DNA of 59,302 nucleotides from a virus: IMG/VR virus record IMGVR_UViG_3300031416_000008, positions 1 to 59,302 of that record; one strand, 5' to 3'. Shown piece by piece: positions 46,901 to 50,553 of this stretch (position 1 is its first letter; each line of letters starts with the position of its first letter). The notes under the pieces were generated by a model. It saw only the letters and a program-made list of their open reading frames with translations, ran no database searches and was not told where the DNA came from. The position numbers and the translations under genes were made by a program.

Positions 46901-47099
46901 GCGGCGTGAGGTGACGGCGAAAATCAAGAAGTTCAATTCTTCGCCGGAACATAAGGCCGTTCAGATTTCGCAAGACGCGCTCCGCAGGTCGATCCAAACG
47001 CGCCGACGTAATGCCAAACTCCGCGATGATGGTGCTCTTATCACCAATCAGGAACTGGGGCGGCAACTCCGATCGAAGATGCCTGAACGGTTATATTAA
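31971..47099 (+). CDS. Giant polyvalent virion protein, 5042 aa
   Basis: Single uninterrupted ORF of 15129 nt. The domain signatures are listed as separate sub-features. Confidence 0.85.
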   Translation: MAITLDSNADLDAFFGLEKAGSNSPATDNRETDDKRPIQSASTESSRVPRLQPIGINFDAPKASNPPASAPEASKATQTQEIPSAPQATQPAEISGVSARDWNDAVNTIIAEAGGDGPVGMLGVASTIRNRANIRGKTIGDIVRAPSQFEGFYAPGPKAVEAQNNPQVRAEAEQILRGVLTGELSDPTNGADHFHANGINPKWASSMPETARIGGHVFYNSKQEGAPRQVASMDPAIGLDEPRGNRRGLANLVPEQKEPENTKTGSLAFVNPGQEKINPAFASVLQDVSADIGKGLVITSGYRSPTHRVEAAKKKPGQHSHGTAVDISLKGMNGQQRFDLVQSLKARGVRRFGTYSNSPDIIHVDMLPMKDSKDGFWYMHNKSVNNMGGAPDWLKAARATRVKRYDVPQGKAIEAGADFRFDGDPEPVAQKTPATPEVESTEQPTEADPIDARLEELNKSEPGKYQAMTEDEYAKWREEWEANQPGILQDVARMVAAGAVTGTASIIKGIGRLDAAFNANVLNPLFGTEFSESNEYDVPAGWVEKYGEGIKKGVSQATKDAIETSTPDGDLLDPSTWTLGTNPSARGLVALGADVFGSMVPVVAAAVATGGTGGFIAGGAQGAGGAEDRAKQIIDELAAEPGALETQSAYFREQIASGKSREEAIKATKDAAANIASVYAAPIAGVGGVLTGKIVHPATNILASKALPARIAGRAVAGALEEGSQEALETVGANAGVNQAIGTDLNVTDGTFGDFVLGAMAGGATGAAGGVTSRRSAPQSEAATETPAAAPASDPVQTTAPEPQDTPQRKGPLSRAFEESASRTDLEYVVNDPDIDGSGPGEIHGQTVQISANQDRVPAGMRRVIDQSGVERVIGDRVLMPLTQAQEAGIRPADRTTATSVQSGKGAPTVGSTVNVTLPDGSSIRGTVDSYADGEAVITDEVGEVFQVPVSSIAALEAAAAVKPGQLPTDALPERDADAQDELPAQPPMASETTVEEDVAPVDRQKNIVSAENAPKVGQSVIVNAPGLKRVTGKIEQYVYEDEEYQAIVRESGGMTIQVPIEHLFVDSTTNKQADAEELRRNPPVDRPDIDPNEPRVRKFGDKAVRLPDDESQRIFDLGQNRAMAKRLLGTSELDKDRAAVPAQKALADELGISFEDAGKLADDYRYRVEKAGKQARSKLPVEMHSVNPVMLDRMRKRVESQTTAEPAPAVTEVSVEAAEPVSKVETPQVTGTDTETWYNSMSETDRAATLAKSGIKRSPKAPFDKLSPKIQQTLNKQRQVESEAQQAPIDIAAVQAATHPDNDIAEPTLAQKEAGNYAKGHVRLGGMDLSIENPAGSERKGVDATGKEWSTTMQGHYGYIKGTIGRDKDHIDVFVKPGTADVSDTAPVFVVDQKNPDNGRFDEHKVMIGYDSQQEAEAAYLANYTPGWKGMGDVTETSLANFRKWTKDGDTTKAFAPKWFGTREKADAYVAKNNLSDTHSVVENGKRFEVRQASDNAAQTAKPANNIQNRSNNDLERLKNDYRRQVAEAPFADVWGSDREPVYDALSQLAEKSPLKDREIVYAVRENASDADLLSAAARTFGVGGAGGNKYMVETREGPTVTVTLEKDSGPEKIVLKGKKLADTLRREFTRTVEEMREDAIRAGKTRAFIDKKKAEHREKTASKNSSALVGEPLPTRGVAPANIGSDGNTYVGKPGGVHFEIKRPDGVEWTDIGFVNPSGQFLDRKQAFEWVEQNEQRVRPSDNMDASLDALDYREQVPERVRKSGKKNAEKLDTLIDTGQLTAASDWGASNKLVSRDRADEIRKKLRAKLNGQINSGIDPEILALGTELAAFHIEAGARKFTDFARAVAVDMDASIEKLRPFLRAWYNGARDMMEDSGLDISGTDDANAVKSALATLKDVDDGSLSKLETRSGAALEAVSAEPLQGTESGRKARSGVDRSGQSDSTGNEPADGKRLPAGRSVSDGETELSVPARGRQRNERTRNGPDLFERADDKRSPEGQQDNGPVGEKPLSDSVNPEKRVSPDDSAATPAHNRPDGFTITDEDAIGAGGPKTKFRNNVDAIKLLRKLTEEGRTASHAEQKVLAKWVGWGGLQQAFVRPDGSKAKGWEKEADSLKELLTPEEYRAAEASTRNAHYTAPEITKAIWKVAQRLGFRGGRVLEPSVGSGNFLGLAPGELKHRAQFTGAELDHITGGIAQQLYPAANIKAPVGFQELQIPDNYFELAVGNPPFGSERLYDAQRKEAAKFSIHNYFFAKSVDTLKPGGILSMVITNSFLDAAKSAARRYIAERARLVGAIRLPNNAFLANAGTEVTTDIVVLQKYPEGTAQADKDFSWVDVGNYRDAQGRDTPLNQYFVSNPDMMLGDFGRYGTMYGPEQPALISRNGDNLSSLLDKAINSLPAEIMPTRTIEEITESAVKRELDPVAVPVGSFVTDADGNISVRAPDLLGETRVIPRADITGKDKQRISGLVALRDIFTNLRRAQIDPNSTDAQLNAQRQSLNEAYDALTKEFGPINSEMNRRAFQDDPTWPQVSALEISYDKGLTREAAKKTGETPRKPSAVKAPIFERRTQEPYSRPQTANTAKDALAIAMSESGFVDMARVLDLYRKPVSEVVAELGDQIYMAPDGGFQTADIYLSGNVKQKLARAEEAAKLDPAFERNVLALRDKIPADIDPVDIDVKAGAPWIPGSDIADFIRDTLETSHARAIYSRGTARWELDAGRASDVAQARWGTPDASARQVVEAALNARTITISHKNADGSVTVDEAATDAANQKVEAVKNEWKRWIWDNDARREKLSRLYNDTYNTHVDTVYDGSHLILPGKVSDDVVELRPHQKSFIWRVLQSSTTLADHTVGAGKTFAAIGAVMELRRTGQAKKPMVVVPNHLVQQWSADFIKLYPGANILAATKKDFEAGNRKRFFARVAAGDYDAVVVAHSSFGLIGVDPMFERDFLQMQVADIEDSIRTLEEAEGKSSRSVKQMAKQRETIQTRMQKLLDAGSKDTGMTFEEMGVDALFVDEAHEFKNLGFSTSMTRVAGLGNKDGSKKAADLFMKIQSVMKRTGGRNVVFLTGTPISNTMAELYTMQRYLAYDALKAQGVAHFDAWARVFGEVVTDFELSASGKYKLTTRFSRFVNMPELVTQYRVFADTITNDDIRRQLAERGKTLPLPRVKGDKPTANVVEPSEYQTDFIGNPTVDENGIEHYPSGSIVWRSENLPKKAEKGADNMLKVTSDARKAALDMRLIDPEYPDFAGSKVHKAADNIKSIYDRWHNQKGTQLVFIDLSTPKKAVAKARAELLELQRKADAGDEAAQTKLDNISLDEIAALESSFSVYDDLKAKLISRGVPEKEIAFIHDANTDLQKQELFGKVRSGQVRVLFGSTPKMGAGTNVQNRLVGLHHLDAPWRPSDLEQREGRIIRQGNELYALDPDGFEVEIHRYATKRTLDAKQWQTIEQKARFIGQFRAGNVKERAVEDIGGEAANSAEMKAAASGNPLILEEMELRRKVKRLENESREHERGQHSTSRNIRELENEQTEINERSEALAQDADAAKKYLAGEFSATINGKSFEKAGDAGAEILDVARDMITSGATSRAVGSVGPFRVTLQKGLASSFQITLKGAREYDISLPDVGELTPVGAFMRVMTPIRNLPERPAFDQERLSTIAKTLPRLKGELSEWQGRAELDETRQKHNNILAALRPKKKDAPTVEIEKAAEQPKASIVDREPVARLTGEEVLPGFTPDKDMGALIRAASRWYSENLQGTTTKTRDGVTVDFIQKGRGKTTSRSKGDKLLRAIPAIRDIIEKGEVVHREAGTKANVLNRVIIAAPVELAGETLHLAISLHETNAKTYQYDFTFNREAYQDSDRASVGSLDGETWVNHEGLATREGALPSLEVPLSAKTDINLVEWTPKINNSESDALRTALQRGEFGTEVNRLLDNGAIEIGNISDENVQAWTRPDGTIVLNSAVLAPQNANAVLLHEAFHSGTKRLIGTRAWNALISDLGDIRDRFERSTGKARQFFERASQRVKTAENRTGKKMDDSLSAEEFGAYAIEEYENAPRTIRMWADKMVGAMKAWALRRFGKQIGEVTPAQLRALAVAALKSSTTEPNGPRGGSDLTTTNDKYSLVKSPKTEDVRNAVDSMKGRLTDLTPQALALIPLNYFTELAQKGHTAIADYLTVKRQLDSYRGRRNEQADKIVQQWRKYNRLGKERAQDMADIMHEATIAGYDPSIENDAADIAKNRSLQAKYDALPEAGKQLYDTVRNSYLEQSRELDGIIVDNLKKVFQIAQNKAERKYRKQLEQLSKQRMAPADRKKAEDDAHAAYESTTMKAKWSMKARLTKMRQALESDRLDGPYFPLARFGDYFVTVKDIDGQVMHFSLHERSADRDREAADLRKQYPNADVIVGIKTNSADLRQAMDPRVIADIQAIIGQSNIDSDVGAEMLDQIWQRYLQTMPDMSIRKRQIHRKKTGGYTSDALRAYASHMFHAAHQMGRLKYGVELNELVNTAAEQSQEMANPTKAGMLSNELGKRHKWVMNPTGSRFAQAINSTAFVWYLAATPAAALVNLSQTPMLGIPIMGARFGTAKATAALLRASGDLFRGKGSVQHKNLTADEQSALNDFYESGLIDRTQSHDLAGVGDTGVNYSPWRASVMAKISYLFHKAEVINREVTALAAYRLARDSGMRTGKAVEVAHDLTWRTHFDYSNSSRPRIMQNDFAKVALVFRSYSVNMIYRITRDLHQSMKAESPQARKEALYQLSGVLGMMSLMSGATGVFGFNAAMMILGMFFGGDDDPFDFEQKVAAAVVDTLGPTMGGMVLKGPLGHLAGIDLTNRIGMADIWFRSPNRDLDGQDEFQYWVMNSLGASVSMAGDAWKGASSILKGDIARGTEYLVPKAIRDPMKAYRYGSEGVKSALGDEVIPVDNISWGDVVRQGVGFTPAKVSEAWSRSSALKNAESRINAKRRQLMNEFATAVEMKDVETRREVTAKIKKFNSSPEHKAVQISQDALRRSIQTRRRNAKLRDDGALITNQELGRQLRSKMPERLY
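32271..32630 (+). other. SleB-like cell-wall hydrolase domain (residues ~101-220)
   Basis: DWNDAVNTIIAEAGG...VASTIRNR........I..PSQF.......GADHFH...........GGHVFYN. Confidence 0.7.
32763..33074 (+). other. Peptidase M15 (VanY/YcbK-like) domain (residues ~265-368)
   Basis: ITSGYRSPTHR......HSHGTAVDI......IIHVD provides the H-D-H metal ligands. Confidence 0.65.
35895..36310 (+). other. Conserved AGNYxKGH...DHIDVF module of unknown function
   Basis: QKEAGNYAKGHVRLGGMDLSIENPAGSERKG....YGYIKGTIGRDKDHIDVFV. From memory this module recurs in polyvalent proteins; I could not verify that here. Confidence 0.4.
37681..37998 (+). CDS. Embedded +1-frame ORF (105 aa) inside the giant gene; candidate overprinted gene or displaced domain
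   Basis: AAGGA lies 8 nt upstream of the ATG, just after an in-frame TAA. Product is helical and protein-like, with host-like third-position G/C preference. Confidence 0.35.
   Translation: MEAFQNWKREAELHWKQFQPNRYKELKAGGKLDQALTEAANQTALEMNQLTESGFQPDEAFQMVRQNYLFPPEEGSEMSVPEMGQTSLSEQMTNAVRKGSRTMDL
38085..38945 (+). other. N6-adenine DNA methyltransferase domain (DarB/Eco57I-like)
   Basis: Motif I VLEPSVGSGNF starts at 38451. Motif IV NPPF is at 38655-38666. Confidence 0.8.
40461..42227 (+). other. SNF2/DEAD-like helicase domain
   Basis: GAGKT at 40533-40547, DEAH at 41019-41030, and C-terminal lobe ...LHHLDAPWRPSDLEQREGRIIRQGN. Confidence 0.8.
43896..43910 (+). other. HExxH zincin motif (HEAFH)
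   Basis: AVLLHEAFHSG, at residue 3976. Confidence 0.55.
45030..45047 (+). other. PLxRFG motif (PLARFG)
   Basis: DGPYFPLARFGDYFV, at residue 4354. This motif names a phage ejection/internal-protein domain family. Confidence 0.6.
45585..46335 (+). other. C-terminal region with hydrophobic (TM-like) helices
   Basis: AFVWYLAATPAAALVNL..MLGIPIM and LSGVLGMMSLMSGATGVFGFNAAMMILGMFFGG. Confidence 0.5.
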
Positions 47100-47102
47100 G
47101 AG

Positions 47103-47123
47103 GAGGGGCTTAAGCCCCTCTTT
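47103..47123 (+). terminator. Terminator after the giant gene
   Basis: GAGGGGCTTAAGCCCCTC followed by TTT. Confidence 0.6.
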
Positions 47124-47187
47124 CCGTTACTGGTTCCATAATTCGTTTGCGGAAGCGTCGGCTTGTGATAAGTTGCGCCTCACAGAA

Positions 47188-47234
47188 GCGCATGACGTGC
47201 AACCGTTTCCACCAGTTCGGGATGCACCTTTATG
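47188..47234 (+). promoter_or_regulatory. Late leader element 5 (degenerate pairing)
   Basis: Box at 47188-47200. GTGCA pairs with TGCAC and CAT with ATG, separated by an internal loop. Confidence 0.5.
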
Positions 47235-48014
47235 TCTGTGAGCTCTGTCTTTCTGCGACGTCACGCGATTACCGCAGCTTGGGAAGGCGGATGGTCTAAC
47301 CACCCCGCCGACCCCGGCGGTAAAACCATGTACGGGATTACCGAAAAAGTCTGGATCGCTTGGAACAAGGCCAAAGGCATTCTTAAGCCTAAGCCGGTTC
47401 GTCAAATTACGCGGGCCGAGGCAGAAGAAATCTATTACCAGAACTATTGGTTGGCGGCTGGGTGCGACAAGCTTAAGCCCGGGGTTGATCTTTGCACCTA
47501 CGACTCGTCCGTGAACTCCGGCGTTTCCCGTGCCCGATCATGGTTGCGCGCGTCGATTGGCGGTTCCGATCTAGAAACGGTTCGCAAAATGTGTGCGAAG
47601 CGTTTGTCATTTCTCCGTGCTCTAAAGAATTACGCTGTTTTCGGCAAAGGTTGGCTGAACCGCGTGACAGACGTTGAAGCCAAGGCAACCAAACTCGTTC
47701 TCGAAAACGAGGGCGCTGGCAAGAATACGATTTCCAGCACGCTCAAAGCGGGAGCTAACACCGCTGCGAATAATGCAGCAAAGGCGGATACTCGAGTAAA
47801 AGTCTCAGGCACCGCGACAACGGTTGCAGGTGGCGGAACATACGTTGCTCCGGACACGGTTCCTGTCGACGCGATCACTTCCAACGCCGATATCGTTTCG
47901 ACCTGGCTATTGGGCGGGGTGATTACCGTTGGAGTAGTGGTAATGGCGTACTTCGTGATCCGATCGATGATCGAGAAATCCCGCGCAAAATCCTTTGAAG
48001 GCGCTTCGGCATGA
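47232..48014 (+). CDS. GH108 lysozyme with PG_binding_3 domain and C-terminal TM helix
   Basis: AWEGGWSNHPADPGGKTMYGIT (GH108), GKGWLNRV (PG_binding_3), C-terminus WLLGGVITVGVVVMAYFVI. Confidence 0.85.
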   Translation: MSVSSVFLRRHAITAAWEGGWSNHPADPGGKTMYGITEKVWIAWNKAKGILKPKPVRQITRAEAEEIYYQNYWLAAGCDKLKPGVDLCTYDSSVNSGVSRARSWLRASIGGSDLETVRKMCAKRLSFLRALKNYAVFGKGWLNRVTDVEAKATKLVLENEGAGKNTISSTLKAGANTAANNAAKADTRVKVSGTATTVAGGGTYVAPDTVPVDAITSNADIVSTWLLGGVITVGVVVMAYFVIRSMIEKSRAKSFEGASA

Positions 48015-48529
48015 GCAATGCAATTCTCGACGCAATTTTAGCATCTGCTGCACGTACTGGTGCAAATGTTGTGAAAGACGTTGTTACCTCTCAGTTAGGG
48101 CCAACGTTGGGCGGGATTGCGGGAACAGTGGTGGATTCCATCGCCGGGCGTCTTGGCGTCTCTCCTGATGAAATTCCATCTGTGCCAACCGACACACTTG
48201 ATGCAGCGGTTCAATCTGTCGATCAAGACCCAGCCGTCATTGCCCTGCACAATGAAAGCCAACGCATGATGATCGGCTTAATGCGGGCCGAAATGGATAA
48301 AGCGGGGGAGGCATGGTGGACGTGGGCTTGGCGTCCAGCTTGGATGTGGTTGCTTGGCTGCATGTGGCTTTGGGAAACGATGATACTTGGCATAGTCAAT
48401 TCGATCACGGGGGCAACAATTCCGCACACGGATTACAACGTCCTGTTCGGGATCACCGCGATCTATACTGGCTTTTATATGGGCGGGCATACGGTGAAAA
48501 ACGTAGCGCAAACACGGTGGGGCCGATGA
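48011..48529 (+). CDS. Holin-like membrane protein (3-TM, GTA-holin-like)
   Basis: ATGA overlap with the endolysin. Trp-rich TM block WWTWAWRPAWMWLLGCMWLW. Confidence 0.6.
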   Translation: MSNAILDAILASAARTGANVVKDVVTSQLGPTLGGIAGTVVDSIAGRLGVSPDEIPSVPTDTLDAAVQSVDQDPAVIALHNESQRMMIGLMRAEMDKAGEAWWTWAWRPAWMWLLGCMWLWETMILGIVNSITGATIPHTDYNVLFGITAIYTGFYMGGHTVKNVAQTRWGR

Positions 48530-48852
48530 TGGACTGGGGCGAATGGGCTCAGCGTGTTCCTCTCGCCAAATGGTCGATCATCCTAGCCTTCTCGGTAATA
48601 GGAGCGATCATGCAACGTGACATGACATGGGCGGGCAGAGCCGTCACATTTATCATGGGGATTTTGATAGCGGTGGTTTTTGAGGAACCGGTGCGCTCCC
48701 TGCTTAATTTGGACGGATCATATGCGGCGGCGGTTTCCGCTGTGTTGGCTCTTACCGGACGCAATTTCGCTGCTTATGCATTCAGGGCCAGCAAAAACCC
48801 AACTGCTGCAATCAGTGAATTGCTCGATATCTGGCGCGGCGGGAAAAAATAG
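48526..48852 (+). CDS. Membrane protein of the lysis cassette (108 aa)
   Basis: ATGATG overlaps the holin stop. Two TM segments. Confidence 0.5.
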   Translation: MMDWGEWAQRVPLAKWSIILAFSVIGAIMQRDMTWAGRAVTFIMGILIAVVFEEPVRSLLNLDGSYAAAVSAVLALTGRNFAAYAFRASKNPTAAISELLDIWRGGKK

Positions 48853-48912
48853 TCGTTTAATATCAATCACTTAGATCAGATAAGACTTATTATGGAACTG
48901 AAAGGAAACTGA

Positions 48913-49197
48913 ATGTCGCCGTACGAGCATGAAATCCAGCTTCAATTGCTTGCAAAGAAAAGCTTTGTAGCCATGTTTTTTTCCGGATTGTTTTTCTTGG
49001 CTGCTGCCGCGCTGATTTGCTTTATAGGTCGAGAAACTGCGTGGGCGTTCATTGCAGCCGCTTTAATTGCCGGTGGATTCAGCCAGTTCGCATTCCAGGA
49101 TTACTCTCGCATCTCACAACTGGTGAGCATCGTAACGGCATGGATTTCGGTAGCGTTTCTGATCACCGCTCTCATCTGTGCTGTGTATGGATACTGA
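48913..49197 (+). CDS. Small polytopic membrane protein (94 aa)
   Basis: AAAGGAAA SD. Three hydrophobic helices. Last + strand gene. Confidence 0.5.
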   Translation: MSPYEHEIQLQLLAKKSFVAMFFSGLFFLAAAALICFIGRETAWAFIAAALIAGGFSQFAFQDYSRISQLVSIVTAWISVAFLITALICAVYGY

Positions 49198-49210
49198 CAT
49201 AGCTTTACGG

Positions 49211-49240
49211 TCAGATGGGTAAAACGCCCGTCTGATCTTA
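49211..49240. terminator. Hairpin between the convergent arms
   Basis: TCAGATGGG-TAAAACG-CCCGTCTGA (one G-U pair) followed by TCTTAATATT. Confidence 0.45.
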
Positions 49241-49289
49241 ATATTCTAAAGCAATTATGACTTATCGGCTTGGCGTTGGTGCTGCCAAG

Positions 49290-50045
49290 CTATCCGTAGC
49301 GTCTTTTTGGGACTGGCTCCGGGTGCTTAGAGCGCATTTTTTCCAGAAAATTGTACTGTATATTATTATTGGTCTCTATGGTTGGCGCTACTTTGACACC
49401 CTTGTTTGCGCGGCGTACCGGGCTCGATATCCATTTTTTCCAATGAAGGCATTTAATCCGATAAACGTTCGGGCGGTGTTTTCCGCGACGGCCTTCTGCT
49501 TGACGTTCTTCGATATCGATTAGTCCGCGAATTTTGGCCCGCCTGTAAGCGTTGCGGACTGTCGTGATGCCTACCCCTGCCCTGTCGCCAATTTCCTTCG
49601 CTGACGCATCACAGTAGCCCTTATCTCGGCAATCCTCTGCAATGATGAACAGCGCTGCGCGCTCACCTTCGGTAAAGCTTTCGCTGACATGTGGGGGAAG
49701 AATTGACATAGCGGCGAACCGGCGCTTGCGGGCAGTTCGTTCCGGATCGCGTTTAATAGACGCGGCGCGGCCACGCGGTATTCCCGATCGGGAGCGTTCA
49801 GGGAAAAAACTGCCGCCTGCCCTCCCCCGCTTCAAGGATGCGCGTGAAATCGCTTCCTGCTGTTTACGCGCAACGCGATCGAGCAAGTCAGAGACTTCCT
49901 GCTCCTCCCCCGCTTCTGTCATGATCAGCGAAGTGGCGAGTTTATAGACGGCATTAATCTGTTCAACGGTATGAGCACGCGCAAAGAGCTCGCGCGCACG
50001 ATCATACGCCGACTGTATCTGAAATTCGTAATTTCTTATCGACAC
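49290..50045 (-). CDS. Winged-helix/HTH protein in the position of repC (GTG start preferred)
   Basis: CDASAKEIGDRAGVGITTVRNAYRRAKIRGLIDIEER is an HTH. The ORF-track start at 50108 is a TTG with a Cys-rich, implausible N-terminus. AAGGA lies 8 nt upstream of the GTG at 50045. Confidence 0.6.
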   Translation of the reverse strand: MSIRNYEFQIQSAYDRARELFARAHTVEQINAVYKLATSLIMTEAGEEQEVSDLLDRVARKQQEAISRASLKRGRAGGSFFPERSRSGIPRGRAASIKRDPERTARKRRFAAMSILPPHVSESFTEGERAALFIIAEDCRDKGYCDASAKEIGDRAGVGITTVRNAYRRAKIRGLIDIEERQAEGRRGKHRPNVYRIKCLHWKKWISSPVRRANKGVKVAPTIETNNNIQYNFLEKMRSKHPEPVPKRRYG

Positions 50046-50136
50046 GGGGCAATTCCTTGTAAAAAAGGCGCAAAAACCCGTGGCGCAAAGGCGCGTTTTC
50101 TCTTGCAAAAATGCAGGGAATGTTTAATGTCAATAA

Positions 50137-50212
50137 TGACTTTTGTTTTCACACCCGATTTTTCGGTATGTGTTTGACATTAAATTCAACCGGCCTTTGT
50201 GCCGGTTTTTTT
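50137..50212 (+). ncRNA. Candidate counter-transcribed RNA, antisense to the leader of the winged-helix gene
   Basis: + strand TTGCAA-16 nt-TAATGT (50103-50130), then terminator AACCGGC-CTTTGT-GCCGGTT (50188-50207) plus a T-run. Confidence 0.3.
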
Positions 50213-50298
50213 ATGCCTTCATTTTGTTTCTCCACCAGTTGAGACTATTCCTTGAACGGCACATGTTCGCGTTAAAGCGGACTCTGCTTCGCGGAAGG

Positions 50299-50318
50299 TA
50301 TAGGCAAGAGACGATAGA
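50299..50318. promoter_or_regulatory. Operator box D
   Basis: GTATAGGCAAGAGACGATAGA (50298-50318) matches box A (8735-8755) at 20 of 21 positions. Confidence 0.55.
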
Positions 50319-50553
50319 CCGTATTCCAATTTCCAGCAACCTCCCCTTTTGTGCTCAATTCACGCAAATCACTGTCGTTAGATGCCGATAAATGAGGGTG
50401 TTTGAGGGCATTCGACAGGCAATAAAATATCGTTCGCCGAAACGACGTTGGATATTCTTGACAGTTTTTTGTGGAAGTGCGATTCTCAGACGGTCCAAGT
50501 ATGAGAATAGGCCTGCCACGACAGAAATGTTGGGTAGGTCTTTTTCTTGCCTA

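Noticed and set aside
31971-47099. The giant gene could be an N4-like virion RNA polymerase, given the N4-type capsid.
   Set aside because: I could not find T7-like polymerase motifs (A, B, C). The recognisable modules are peptidoglycan hydrolases, a methyltransferase-helicase, a zincin and a PLxRFG domain, which is a polyvalent ejection protein architecture.
48313-48525. N-terminal 71 codons of ORF-track entry 48313..48852.
   Set aside because: This part lies entirely within the holin-like gene in another frame. ATGATG at 48526 overlapping the holin stop gives a compact coupled gene.
49257-49523. 88-aa + strand ORF after the last late gene.
   Set aside because: It overlaps the 3' end of the winged-helix gene on the opposite strand, whose C-terminus is protein-like. 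It also lies downstream of the terminator hairpin at 49211.
50046-50108. Upstream TTG start for the winged-helix gene.
   Set aside because: It would add MQEKTRLCATGFCAFFTRNCP, which is Cys-rich. It has no SD and would place the start inside the candidate antisense promoter. The GTG at 50045 with an AAGGA SD is preferred, though this remains uncertain.
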